DNA of 64,000 nucleotides from Eubacteriales bacterium (GTDB lineage Bacteria; Bacillota; Clostridia; Oscillospirales; CAG-272), in contig JAZKYL010000153.1 of NCBI GenBank assembly GCA_045612105.1, positions 14,832-78,831 of the forward strand. The letters are read 5' to 3'. Positions 50,410 through 59,420 of the stretch are shown piece by piece. The notes beneath the pieces are model-generated. The model worked only from the letters and a program-made list of their open reading frames with translations, ran no database searches and had not been told where the DNA came from. Within the stretch, counting starts at the first letter, position 1, and each line of letters begins with the position of its first letter. Position numbers and translations under genes: made by a program.

Positions 50410-51318
50410 TTATTTCTCTTTGCTTAATTGTTCGCTGTTAAAAGGATTTCTATTCGGAACTAATCGCCCATCACTATAATTCCATATGGGACAAGAATCA
50501 TTCGGTCCGTATTGGTTTTGCACTTGTAAATGTTCGCAGAGCATCAAATAAGCAACTGCTTTTTTTGCATCTTTTTTCGATGACGCAAAAACACCTCTGA
50601 TTATGCCCGTAATATCATTTACAATCGAACTTGAACAATGCCATATTGGATTCCCGTTTTTATCGTAGCCTAAATGTTCCGGTCCAGAAAAATCGTACTT
50701 TGGCATGCTGCATTGTTCTTTTTCAGCTAATTCTTTCAATACGGTAACCGCGTTATCAATATTGATAGTTAAAGAGTTGTAATCGCTCTGAATGATAGTT
50801 TGAAGTCTATAATCAAGGTTTAAAGATTTTCTCACCGCAGTTTCAAGCACCACGGAATCCCACTTCGAATCTATAGCAATGGCTCCTATAATTGATTCGA
50901 ATAAGTCTGCCTTAACTTTCGTTTGTTGATCTACTTGATTCTTCTCATCGCTCCTGCCAACAATTAAGTATTCTGAAACACCCCATTCATCGATTATTGA
51001 TGCAAGCACTTCATTACTTACTATATCTTGTTTTAAAGAGGTAAAGTAATTCTCTCTGATTCGAAAAGAATAGTCCCCCTCTATATTCAAGGCACAGCAG
51101 CGATCAGAAATGATTTTTACAACGTAGTAGCTTAATACTTGATCCCCAATGAATTCAAACATTTCATTGCTTTTTCCTTCTTCTTCCGCACAGAAAGAAC
51201 GCCTCCGGAATGCTTGGCTCAAGGCGCAACTGCTTCGAATACAATACCCTGTTTTTTCTTGAATAAGCAACTTTAATTTGTGCTTATCTTGTCCGTTAAA
51301 ATACTTTTGTCTTCTCAT
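50410..51318 (-). CDS. accessory RNase III-family protein with C-terminal dsRNA-binding domain
   Basis: Start MRRQKYFNG (ATG 51316-51318) behind GGAGG. RNase III signature EMFEFIGDQVL and second catalytic motif KADLFESIIGAIAIDS. dsRBD-like PKYDFSGPEH...SSKKDAKKAVAYLML. Confidence 0.8.
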   Translation of the reverse strand: MRRQKYFNGQDKHKLKLLIQEKTGYCIRSSCALSQAFRRRSFCAEEEGKSNEMFEFIGDQVLSYYVVKIISDRCCALNIEGDYSFRIRENYFTSLKQDIVSNEVLASIIDEWGVSEYLIVGRSDEKNQVDQQTKVKADLFESIIGAIAIDSKWDSVVLETAVRKSLNLDYRLQTIIQSDYNSLTINIDNAVTVLKELAEKEQCSMPKYDFSGPEHLGYDKNGNPIWHCSSSIVNDITGIIRGVFASSKKDAKKAVAYLMLCEHLQVQNQYGPNDSCPIWNYSDGRLVPNRNPFNSEQLSKEK

Positions 51319-51620
51319 ATCTTCCTCCAAAATTGTTTTAATTGAAGAAAGAAAATAAGACCCTTGCACGCAGAAAAAACTACCCCATCAGGATAGACCT
51401 TCTCTGTGCGAAAGGTCTCAATCAATACAAAATAATACTTGTAAGACTTTCAGATTTTCAGGTCTACTTGCATAGACAAGAAAAACAAATTGCATTACTC
51501 AACTACTGTGTATCAATTGGTCCTTCCTTCAACATATAAATTATATCATGATTTTTATGAGTTGTCAATCGTTTTTGTAGCACAAAAAGATTATAAATAC
51601 AATGCCCTCTTGTTCTAGTG

Positions 51621-51649
51621 TTGACATATTTGCTATTTTGTAGTATAAT
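51621..51649 (+). promoter_or_regulatory. consensus sigma-70 promoter of the TIR operon
   Basis: TTGACA (51621-51626), exactly 17 nt spacer, TATAAT (51644-51649). Confidence 0.7.
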
Positions 51650-51685
51650 AATTATAGAATTTTAAATTAAGGGATAATTAATAAA

Positions 51686-52231
51686 ATGGCTTATGTAAAT
51701 ATTGCTCAAATATCTGATATCAGTAGACTAACATTCAGGAATCAAATTAGAGAACGAAGAGAAAAATGTGTATTTATCTCTCACAAAAAAGAAGATGAGC
51801 AGGCAGCTATAGACATAGGCAAGTTTCTTATGGAAATAGTAGGGGTAAACATATATTTGGATATTTTGGACGAACCTCTCCAAACAGCAACCCAAATAGA
51901 AAACGACAGGTTAATTGTTGATTCCATCAAAAAAGGGCTAGAATGCAGCACGCATTTACTTTGTCTTATATCAGATAAAACACATCTATCTTGGTGGGTA
52001 CCATATGAAATAGGCATAGCAGACAACAACAATCTTAGCATTGCCTCTTTGAAATTAAAAACAGTCACTGATATTCCATCTTTTTTGAAAATACATCCTG
52101 CATTTTACAACATTGATGAATTCGTTCGAAATGCAATTAGCTATAAGCAATTTGGAACAATATTTTTTAATGAAGATTATAACAGAATCTCTAACAAAAC
52201 AGAGATATTAAAAAAATATATAGATTCTTAA
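51686..52231 (+). CDS. TIR domain protein (181 aa)
   Basis: Beta-A motif CVFISHKKEDEQ, NIYLD, LLCLISDKTHLSWWVPYEIGIA (S-x-W...E motif holding the putative catalytic Glu). Confidence 0.75.
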   Translation: MAYVNIAQISDISRLTFRNQIRERREKCVFISHKKEDEQAAIDIGKFLMEIVGVNIYLDILDEPLQTATQIENDRLIVDSIKKGLECSTHLLCLISDKTHLSWWVPYEIGIADNNNLSIASLKLKTVTDIPSFLKIHPAFYNIDEFVRNAISYKQFGTIFFNEDYNRISNKTEILKKYIDS

Positions 52232-52241
52232 GGAGAACAAT

Positions 52242-52754
52242 ATGATCAAACACAAAGTATTTATAAGTTATTATCATCAAGATGATCAATATTATAAAAA
52301 TTATATTGACACTTTTTTAAGCGGAAACATAATCAACAAATCAGTAATGCCAGGAGAATACAATTCCGATAATAGCGACGAGTATATTAAAAGACTTATT
52401 CGAGAAGATAAAGTGAGCGACTCTTCAGTTGTTGTCGTATTGATTGGCCCTAATACTCGGAAAAGAAAACACGTAGACTGGGAAATCTCTGCCGGATTAA
52501 ACCCTAGTGTTAATGGAAATTCAGGATTGGTCGGGATATTGTTGCCTACTTATCCGATGATTGGCTTAAAGGTAAATGATGAATATTTGCCTGGTCGCAT
52601 ACGTGATAATTGGGATTCTGGATATGTGAATTTATACACTTGGAATTATGCTATCAATCACTTTGATGCAATTATACAGCAAGCATACGATGACAGAATA
52701 TACAAAAAAGGAAAAATTAATAATTCTCGTCCACAAATGAAATGCAATTATTGA
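52242..52754 (+). CDS. TIR-like protein, DUF1863/ThsB-type (170 aa)
   Basis: AGGAG RBS. KVFISYYHQDDQYY, SSVVVVLIGPNTRKRKHVDWEISAGL, then the GILLP segment typical of MTH538/ThsB-like TIR domains. Confidence 0.75.
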   Translation: MIKHKVFISYYHQDDQYYKNYIDTFLSGNIINKSVMPGEYNSDNSDEYIKRLIREDKVSDSSVVVVLIGPNTRKRKHVDWEISAGLNPSVNGNSGLVGILLPTYPMIGLKVNDEYLPGRIRDNWDSGYVNLYTWNYAINHFDAIIQQAYDDRIYKKGKINNSRPQMKCNY

Positions 52755-52765
52755 TGAGGATAGAA

Positions 52766-53386
52766 ATGAATATATTTGAATTTGAATTTGAAAATTGGTA
52801 TACCTTTTGTCTTCGCTTTAACTGGTTAGCATTAATTATTGCAACTATAGTTATAGTGGTAGTAGGCATTGTTGTAAAAAAGCTAGCTACTAGACTTGCA
52901 TATCACTCCATTGTTGTTGATGAAGTCTCCCTGGGAATTGGGAATAGCAACATAAAATTAAAATACAACAAAAAAGACCAAGAAATCGCCTACAAATTAT
53001 GGGTAGAACTTAACACGAGAAAAATAGGTCTTCCATATGATGAGAATTATGATGTTATAGTTGAAGTCTATAACTCTTGGTATGATTTCTTTAAAATAGC
53101 TAGAGAACTCTTAAAAGATATACCTCCAAACCGTCTTCCATACTCCACAAAACTAATCACTGTAACAACTGATGTTTTAAATGTGGGATTAAGACCACAC
53201 TTAACAAAGTGGCAAGCAAAATATCGCAAGTGGTACAACGAAAATCGTAAAGATTTGAGATCTCCGCAAGAAATACAACGAGCTTTCCCTGAATACGATG
53301 AGCTATTATCAGATCTTTTGATTACAAACAAACATATGATTGAATACAAAAATTTAATGTTTCAAATTGCATTTAATGAAAAGTAA
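52766..53386 (+). CDS. single-pass membrane protein of unknown family (206 aa), third gene of the TIR operon
   Basis: Start MNIFEF behind GAGGA, though the alternative ATGs at 52742 and 52754 cannot be excluded. TM helix LALIIATIVIVVVGIVV, then a soluble region of about 150 aa, apparently helical. I recognise no SIR2, SLOG, Macro or nuclease motif. Confidence 0.65.
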   Translation: MNIFEFEFENWYTFCLRFNWLALIIATIVIVVVGIVVKKLATRLAYHSIVVDEVSLGIGNSNIKLKYNKKDQEIAYKLWVELNTRKIGLPYDENYDVIVEVYNSWYDFFKIARELLKDIPPNRLPYSTKLITVTTDVLNVGLRPHLTKWQAKYRKWYNENRKDLRSPQEIQRAFPEYDELLSDLLITNKHMIEYKNLMFQIAFNEK

Positions 53387-53392
53387 TTTTTT

Positions 53393-53418
53393 GCGGAGGC
53401 GAATGCCTCCGCTTTTTT
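53393..53418 (+). terminator. terminator of the TIR operon
   Basis: GCGGAGGC / GCCTCCGC stem, loop GAAT, then TTTTTT. Confidence 0.85.
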
Positions 53419-53609
53419 ACTGGTTCGTCAGTAATGCATTGTAAATTTGCTGCCTTATTGAATTTGATGGATTGATACGATTCTATCTTGACTTAGCTTG
53501 TGGAACTTAACAAATTGTAGCAATTCCGCAAACAATTCCCTACCCCTATTCGCGAACGCGAGATTTCACGATATAATTATCATATCTTAAGCAAACAGGA
53601 GTGATAATT

Positions 53610-53900
53610 ATGAGATCAATTTTAGAAGAACTATTCTACGGAAACATATGCGCGAGTGAAGACAGTTGGAGCTGCACCAAGGAGGTCAAAGAGCTTTCGG
53701 GCTATATTGCAGATCATCACGACGGTCTGAGAAGCACACTCACGGATGAGCAAAAAGAGATTCTTGACAAGCTTAACGACTGTCAGACGGAGCTTGAAGA
53801 TATCGCTGAACGCGCGCTTTTTTCCTATGCCTTTAAGCTTGGAATGAGAATTGCTATCGAAGTTCTCTACCCTTGCTCTGATCAACGAGGTGAGCTATGA
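53610..53900 (+). CDS. small DUF6809-like protein upstream of the integrase
   Basis: The ATG at 53610 follows AGGAG. Sequence is MRSILEELFYGNI...TDEQKEILDKL...FSYAFKLGMRIAIEV. The stop overlaps the integrase ATG (ATGA). Confidence 0.65.
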   Translation: MRSILEELFYGNICASEDSWSCTKEVKELSGYIADHHDGLRSTLTDEQKEILDKLNDCQTELEDIAERALFSYAFKLGMRIAIEVLYPCSDQRGEL

Positions 53901-55096
53901 CAGGTTGTGTAGCAAAAAGAAAAGACGTTTACTACGTCCGTCTCACATACTATGACAAGAATCATAAAAGAAAAGACAAGTGGGTTACTACAGGGTTGTC
54001 CGGCCGAGGGGCTAAACAAAAAGCCGCTACTATGATACCTGCAATGATTGAAAAGTACAGCTATCTTGAAATCAGCGAGCATCCTGCTAAGATGGCTGAA
54101 TACTTAAAGATGTGGAAGAATCAACAGATAGAAGAAGTAGCTGAAACTACCTATGATGGGTATCATACCTATATTGATAGACATCTTATTCCCTACTTTG
54201 AAGAGCTCAATTTGGATATTCAAGACATCAAAGCCGGGCATATTATGGATTATGTCAACTACCTATCTAGTGATAGAGGCAGGAAAGACAACAAGATTGG
54301 CGGTCAGTCTATTACGTCTATCAGAAAGATCATCAGCATTCTTCGTAAAGTATTCGACTATGCTGTTCTTTATGGAGATATAAAAATCAACCCCGCGCTG
54401 CAAGTACCAATGCCTAAACGTGAAAAGCACAGTGGAACAATAAGCAAAAGCAAGAGACAAGTGTTTATGACGGCTGAGGAGGCTCAAAAAATGTTGGATG
54501 CTTTTCAGAATGAAGAAATTGGCCCCATCATTTTCGTTACTTTATATTATGGACTTAGAAAGTCCGAGGCTCTAGGTCTGAGGTGGCAAGCAGTTGATTT
54601 TGAAAAGGATACTATAAGCATCAACCACACTGTTGTAGGTGGTAATCATATAGTAGCCAAAGACTCTACCAAAACCTATTGCAGTGAACGTACTTATCAG
54701 CTACTGCCTGATGTGAAAGCATTGCTTTTAAAATTGAAAGATCAACAAAAAGACTACAAGCGTAGGCTTGGTTCTAGCTACCATAACAACGATTATATAT
54801 TTAAGAACCCAAACGGTGTGCCCTACCGTCCCGACAGCCTTACGCGGAGTTTTAAGCGCGCTCTGGCTCGTCATGGGTTGCCTCAGATGCGTTACCATGA
54901 CCTGCGTCATTCGACTGCTAGTATCCTTGTTGATAAAGGTTGGGATATCAATGATATTAAGGAATGGCTCGGGCATGCGGACATTTCTACGACCGCTAAT
55001 ATCTATGCGCATATAAGTCATAGAAAGAAGGTCTCGCTTGCTCAAGATTTGCATAAGACGTTGACGTTTGAACAAAAGTCTGATACATCAGCTTAA
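53897..55096 (+). CDS. int: tyrosine site-specific recombinase (integrase) with N-terminal arm-binding domain
   Basis: 399 aa. N-terminus KRKDVYYVRLTYYDKNHKRKDKWVTTGL, LRKSEALGLRW (catalytic Arg), YHDLRHSTAS (H-x-x-R), LGHADISTTANIYAHI (catalytic Tyr). Confidence 0.92.
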   Translation: MTGCVAKRKDVYYVRLTYYDKNHKRKDKWVTTGLSGRGAKQKAATMIPAMIEKYSYLEISEHPAKMAEYLKMWKNQQIEEVAETTYDGYHTYIDRHLIPYFEELNLDIQDIKAGHIMDYVNYLSSDRGRKDNKIGGQSITSIRKIISILRKVFDYAVLYGDIKINPALQVPMPKREKHSGTISKSKRQVFMTAEEAQKMLDAFQNEEIGPIIFVTLYYGLRKSEALGLRWQAVDFEKDTISINHTVVGGNHIVAKDSTKTYCSERTYQLLPDVKALLLKLKDQQKDYKRRLGSSYHNNDYIFKNPNGVPYRPDSLTRSFKRALARHGLPQMRYHDLRHSTASILVDKGWDINDIKEWLGHADISTTANIYAHISHRKKVSLAQDLHKTLTFEQKSDTSA

Positions 55097-55186
55097 TTGC
55101 TTCTATTATCTGCTAAATTATATAGAACGACAATATTTTGTCCTCTGTAGTCGTTCTAATAAAACACAGATAATAAGGATGAATTA

Positions 55187-55576
55187 ATGATGGAAATTAA
55201 AGAAAAGACTAATGAAAAGGCTCCCGAAAAGATTGTCAACAAGACAACTGAAACACTAATTAAAGAACTCGAGACCTTGAGTGATAAATCACTATATGAT
55301 TTGTTTTGTTTCTTTTACAAGCTGAATCACACTTATGGTCAAATGATTGATAATGAAACTTTCCAAGAGTTTTTAAAAGCATTTACAAGTAATCCATTTA
55401 GACCACCCGAGAATGCAAAACTTAGAAAAGAACTCATAGATAATATGGTTAATTACTCCAGAGACCATATGAGTCTACTGACAGCAGCATTGTTGTTAAA
55501 AAGAAAGTTCACTATAGATGAACTTGTCCAAAACTATTACTCAAACGTTGATGCTTTTGGATATGATATGTTTTAA
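55187..55576 (+). CDS. hypothetical protein (129 aa)
   Basis: ORF with an AAGGA RBS and AT-rich island codon usage. No recognisable motif. Confidence 0.55.
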   Translation: MMEIKEKTNEKAPEKIVNKTTETLIKELETLSDKSLYDLFCFFYKLNHTYGQMIDNETFQEFLKAFTSNPFRPPENAKLRKELIDNMVNYSRDHMSLLTAALLLKRKFTIDELVQNYYSNVDAFGYDMF

Positions 55577-55627
55577 ATAAGGACGTTTTGATAGGACAAA
55601 ATATCAAAGTGTTTACTTATAAATAAA

Positions 55628-55668
55628 GGTCGGTGGTCTGAAAATGGTCATCGACTTTTTGCATGTTC
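55628..55668 (+). terminator. possible terminator (G:U-containing hairpin plus T run)
   Basis: GGTCGGTGGTC...GGTCATCGACT hairpin followed by TTTTT. Confidence 0.4.
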
Positions 55669-55751
55669 AACGCATAAATATGCGCTAAATTAAATGAAGA
55701 ATGTAAAAAGCTCAAGATGTAGTTGGGTTTAGAAATGAGAGGAATTAAGAA

Positions 55752-56216
55752 ATGGATAACAAAACAAAGATTCAAAAAAGACAATTAAGAAACACATTAG
55801 AGAAACTTGACAAATATCAGTTCAAGCTATTCTTAAACATTATAGTTCACTATTGGGCGAATTATAAGTTTTTCCTGAGTAAAATGAATTTCTTCAATTT
55901 ATGGTGTGAGTTGAATGAGTTTTGTCATGAAACAGATGAAAGCTTTCCTGATCAACATACCGATCATAAATTAATGAAGGATTTCTGTATTAAGCACCCC
56001 TATTATTTTGTAGATATACTCGACCTCGGGCTAGTCAAAAAGCTCTTCTGGGAGTATATGGACCAGGACCTAGATACAATTATAGATGCCACAATCAAGC
56101 TCCACAGAGAGGGTTTAAGGACTGCCTATGAGTACATAAATGAGGCTATGGGCTTGTCTGAAGACGTTGATAAATTGGTGTCTAATACTGAAAAACATAT
56201 GAAAGAGTTTTCTTAA
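55752..56216 (+). CDS. hypothetical protein (154 aa)
   Basis: ORF behind a GAGAGGAA RBS. No recognisable motif. Confidence 0.55.
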   Translation: MDNKTKIQKRQLRNTLEKLDKYQFKLFLNIIVHYWANYKFFLSKMNFFNLWCELNEFCHETDESFPDQHTDHKLMKDFCIKHPYYFVDILDLGLVKKLFWEYMDQDLDTIIDATIKLHREGLRTAYEYINEAMGLSEDVDKLVSNTEKHMKEFS

Positions 56217-56239
56217 TTTCTAAATTTCATATATAACTC

Positions 56240-56290
56240 AAAACAAAGCAACATTGAAAGCTCTATGGCTTTCAATGTTGCTTTGTTTTT
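56240..56290. terminator. bidirectional terminator with 22-bp perfect stem
   Basis: AAAACAAAGCAACATTGAAAGC / GCTTTCAATGTTGCTTTGTTTT, loop TCTATG, between convergent gene blocks. Confidence 0.85.
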
Positions 56291-56312
56291 ACCATAAACA
56301 GTGTCTATTGTT

Positions 56313-56432
56313 TTTACGTTTTACACCTATTGTATAGCTACTTTACATTCTCTTTATTCATTACTCAACATAATGCTCACTATCAATGCTTTTTAATATT
56401 TCAGCATTTACGTTTTACACCTATTGTATAGC
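56313..56432. repeat. two perfect 27-bp direct repeats spaced 93 bp apart (TTTACGTTTTACACCTATTGTATAGCT)
   Basis: Copies at 56313-56339 and 56406-56432. The flanks are also related (CATTACTCAACATAATGCTCAC versus CATTACTCACTACAATACTCAC). Confidence 0.9.
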
Positions 56433-56442
56433 TCACTCTCCA

Positions 56443-57816
56443 CTACTCATTACTCACTACAATACTCACACACTCTTTTTTCCAATACTTTCTCACAAAC
56501 TCATCAAAGTTAAACTTTACACCATTTGAAATCATCTCTTCAAACAGCTCCTTGTCTTCTCTGCCTGTCGAATAGAAACAATCATACACCTGCCACACCA
56601 TATGCCCAGAAGAAACCAAATCGTACAGCGTCATAAGATATACACAAGATTCAACATAAAATATATCGCTTCCATACAGTTCTCCGCCCTCAGCTTCAAT
56701 AATAGCTTCGCGGAAAGCTTCTACTGTGTCATTGACTTCCTGCTTAAGTATGCCGCTCTTGTCCATAAGTCTCCAAATATGATGTGTTGCAGCTGCACCG
56801 CTCGCGTCAAAATAGACTCGCATATGAAGCTTCTTGATTGCTTCACGCATCTCATATGTAAACTTTGCCGAGGGCTCCATAACACGATAGATAAGTTCAT
56901 ACAAGTCAACCGATTCATCTATCCAACGCCCAGAGTTCAAAGACAGTGTCATACGAGGTACTGAAGCATTGATATCCTTCTCAAGTATAAGCCCATAGTT
57001 ATTAAGAATGTTTACTCGGTCCGCCTTTTTCGTGTTTGTTATAGAATTGGTTGCTCGAATGCCAATACGTTTCACATAGCTTCCATCAACTGACCATTCA
57101 AATTTAGGTTGAAATCTAACTCTAAACTCTGGGTAATCCTTATAGTAAAGACTGTTGATTTCATTGGCCTTCATAATATGAAATCTCAGTCCAGGATAAT
57201 TCTCATAAAGGCACAGTGTAAGCTGCTTTTCAAACTCAACGTTACTCATATAGCTAGGCTTGACAAGCTTCAACTTTGATTTGAAATGCACCTTGGATCC
57301 ATCAATACTACGGTCTCTGTTTCGAACCTCTTCCATGGAATAAACTATATTTTCGGTCCAATAAGGTTCGATATTATTTCGCTCACAATATGCTCTAAGC
57401 TTGTCCTCATTCTCCTTATAGTAACGATAGAGTTTGCACGTATTCTCGCAATCGATATAAGCATTATACCGATAGAAATCATTCTCGGTACTAATCAAGC
57501 CAATTTCTTTCATATAAGATATTGCATTACTAACTCCCTTCTTGCTAGTCCAAATCATCTGATTTGCCCTCGATGTAACGCTGATCGGCATGATGGTACA
57601 GCCTTCCTCAGCTCGCATACTTCTTACACTGTTGACAAACGCAAGAACCTTGCTGAGTTTCTTCTTCAGCAACGTCTTTGCTCCTTTGGCTGTGCTTTCA
57701 TAAATGTTGAACTCGGGCAGCGTGTAGTCGTCCACTGTTTCGGGATTCCATGCTGTCTTTCTGTTATCTTCCGGCTTGCTCTCCAATCTGCCGGCAATCT
57801 CCTGCAAAGTAATCAT
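56443..57816 (-). CDS. hypothetical protein (457 aa); replication-initiator role is a guess from context only
   Basis: Largest gene of the array. Iteron-like repeats lie directly downstream of its stop. I could find no HUH, primase or helicase motif. Confidence 0.5.
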   Translation of the reverse strand: MITLQEIAGRLESKPEDNRKTAWNPETVDDYTLPEFNIYESTAKGAKTLLKKKLSKVLAFVNSVRSMRAEEGCTIMPISVTSRANQMIWTSKKGVSNAISYMKEIGLISTENDFYRYNAYIDCENTCKLYRYYKENEDKLRAYCERNNIEPYWTENIVYSMEEVRNRDRSIDGSKVHFKSKLKLVKPSYMSNVEFEKQLTLCLYENYPGLRFHIMKANEINSLYYKDYPEFRVRFQPKFEWSVDGSYVKRIGIRATNSITNTKKADRVNILNNYGLILEKDINASVPRMTLSLNSGRWIDESVDLYELIYRVMEPSAKFTYEMREAIKKLHMRVYFDASGAAATHHIWRLMDKSGILKQEVNDTVEAFREAIIEAEGGELYGSDIFYVESCVYLMTLYDLVSSGHMVWQVYDCFYSTGREDKELFEEMISNGVKFNFDEFVRKYWKKECVSIVVSNE

Positions 57817-57870
57817 AAATTATCCTTTCTGTATTAAAATAAATCATTCAGTAATCTTTCTAAATCTACA

Positions 57871-58281
57871 CTAGGCATCCATCAATTCTTTATATAGTTC
57901 CTCCATTTCCTTAGGGTATTCTTCCTCATACCATTTTTCAAGTTCGATATACTCTTCTATGGACAAATTTTCTCCCATAATGACTTCACCATTAAAATAG
58001 TTACCAACAAAAGAGAGTGCATAATAATATCCAAATTTTGCAAAATCATCAGCAATACGTCTAGCAGCTTCAAGATTGCGATCAATGTGCTCAAGTAGAA
58101 TGGTAATAAATGTTTCTTTGTCTGATATCTGCTGCTTAAACAAAGGCAACATATAATCCAAATTCTCGTCCTTAATAAAACAGTGTCCTTCACTAGCCAT
58201 ATCTCGGTATTGGAGGTTAGTAATTATGTTGAAATAACGTTTGAAAGTGGCGTCATTAAAACTATTGAGGTGCTTTCTCAA
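57871..58281 (-). CDS. hypothetical protein (136 aa)
   Basis: ORF in the unidirectional array with an acidic C-terminus. Confidence 0.5.
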   Translation of the reverse strand: MRKHLNSFNDATFKRYFNIITNLQYRDMASEGHCFIKDENLDYMLPLFKQQISDKETFITILLEHIDRNLEAARRIADDFAKFGYYYALSFVGNYFNGEVIMGENLSIEEYIELEKWYEEEYPKEMEELYKELMDA

Positions 58282-58293
58282 AATGGCATAGTG

Positions 58294-58734
58294 CTACTGA
58301 TCGCTGATAGGCTTGGTGATATCTTGGAAAGTTACCAAGTCATAACTTCTATTACACGGAACACAATAATAAACAAATGATCTCAAGAGCTTTGTTTCTG
58401 GATCTTCGACGAATTTAACCTCTACTACTCCAAGGTGTCCTATCCAGCTTTTGTAGTGGGACAAGTCAGTGTCTGTAATGTTGAAGGACTCAAAAAAAGA
58501 GCCGAGCCTTCTATTGCTTTTGGGACGATCTTTGGGATCAAGTGTAAGATTATACCACAGCAATCCGTGACAATTAGACACCTTAAATGTAATTTCATAA
58601 GCAATCACACCACTACTGCCATATGATTTTTTGATCACATTTGTGATTTTTACTCTATGCCAACCTCCTGGGACTGCAAGCAATCCCAACCCTGTGTACT
58701 CATTAGGATTATGATACTTATATTTTTCCTTCAT
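58294..58734 (-). CDS. DUF669-like protein, paralog 1
   Basis: Shares the pattern G-x-[HY]RV-x-I-x-N ... L-x-Y ... N-x-x-LG-x-FF-x-SF-x-I ... W-x-G-x-x-G-x-V-x-V with the 60354-60845 product. The overall layout resembles phage DUF669 proteins. Confidence 0.5.
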   Translation of the reverse strand: MKEKYKYHNPNEYTGLGLLAVPGGWHRVKITNVIKKSYGSSGVIAYEITFKVSNCHGLLWYNLTLDPKDRPKSNRRLGSFFESFNITDTDLSHYKSWIGHLGVVEVKFVEDPETKLLRSFVYYCVPCNRSYDLVTFQDITKPISDQ

Positions 58735-58752
58735 ATAACCATTCCTCTCCGT

Positions 58753-59316
58753 TTAAATTTTGTTTTTCATTCTTTCAAGCAGTTCCAATGCAAAGCTCTT
58801 GTCCTCACGCACTCTTACTATTTCTTCACAAACATCCTTTATTATGGGCGTTGGCAATTTCTCTCTCACATCAAGATGCAAGAAATAATTTATATACTCT
58901 ATTGCTGGTGGATAGTTTTGCTTACATGCTTTAAGAATCCACTTGGCTTTTTCGGCATACAAATGTTTTTCAATAGCACAGGCCTCTGAATAATAGAAAT
59001 AATATCCTATATCAAATTGTGCAGCAGGCAATCCAGCCTCCGCCATTGGCTGCAACAAATACATTGCAGCCTCTTTATCAGAATTATAGGAGTCGCTTTC
59101 GTGTGTCCAATATCCTTTTAGAAGAATGTGAGCGTACATGTAACGTATCAAAGGATATCTAAAAAGAATTTCATTATCAACGAGTTCCAGAAAATTCTTT
59201 TCCAATTCATATGGGAGAACAACACCGGCATGTCCCTTAATCAGATCATTGATACATTCATTAAGAGTTCTGGGATAGCGAGTCTCATATGTGTAGTTGC
59301 TCAAATCAAGTTCCAT
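58753..59316 (-). CDS. Sel1-like repeat protein (187 aa)
   Basis: AAMYLLQPMAEAGLPAAQFDIGYYFY ... KAKWILKACKQNYPPAIEYI fits the Sel1/SLR repeat consensus. Confidence 0.5.
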   Translation of the reverse strand: MELDLSNYTYETRYPRTLNECINDLIKGHAGVVLPYELEKNFLELVDNEILFRYPLIRYMYAHILLKGYWTHESDSYNSDKEAAMYLLQPMAEAGLPAAQFDIGYYFYYSEACAIEKHLYAEKAKWILKACKQNYPPAIEYINYFLHLDVREKLPTPIIKDVCEEIVRVREDKSFALELLERMKNKI

Positions 59317-59420
59317 AAAATCTCCTTCCTTATGTTTAATATAATAATGGGGCTATGGACTTATATCATAGCCCCACCAACATGTAACTGGTACTTAGAA
59401 AGGTACAAAGATCGCCTCAT

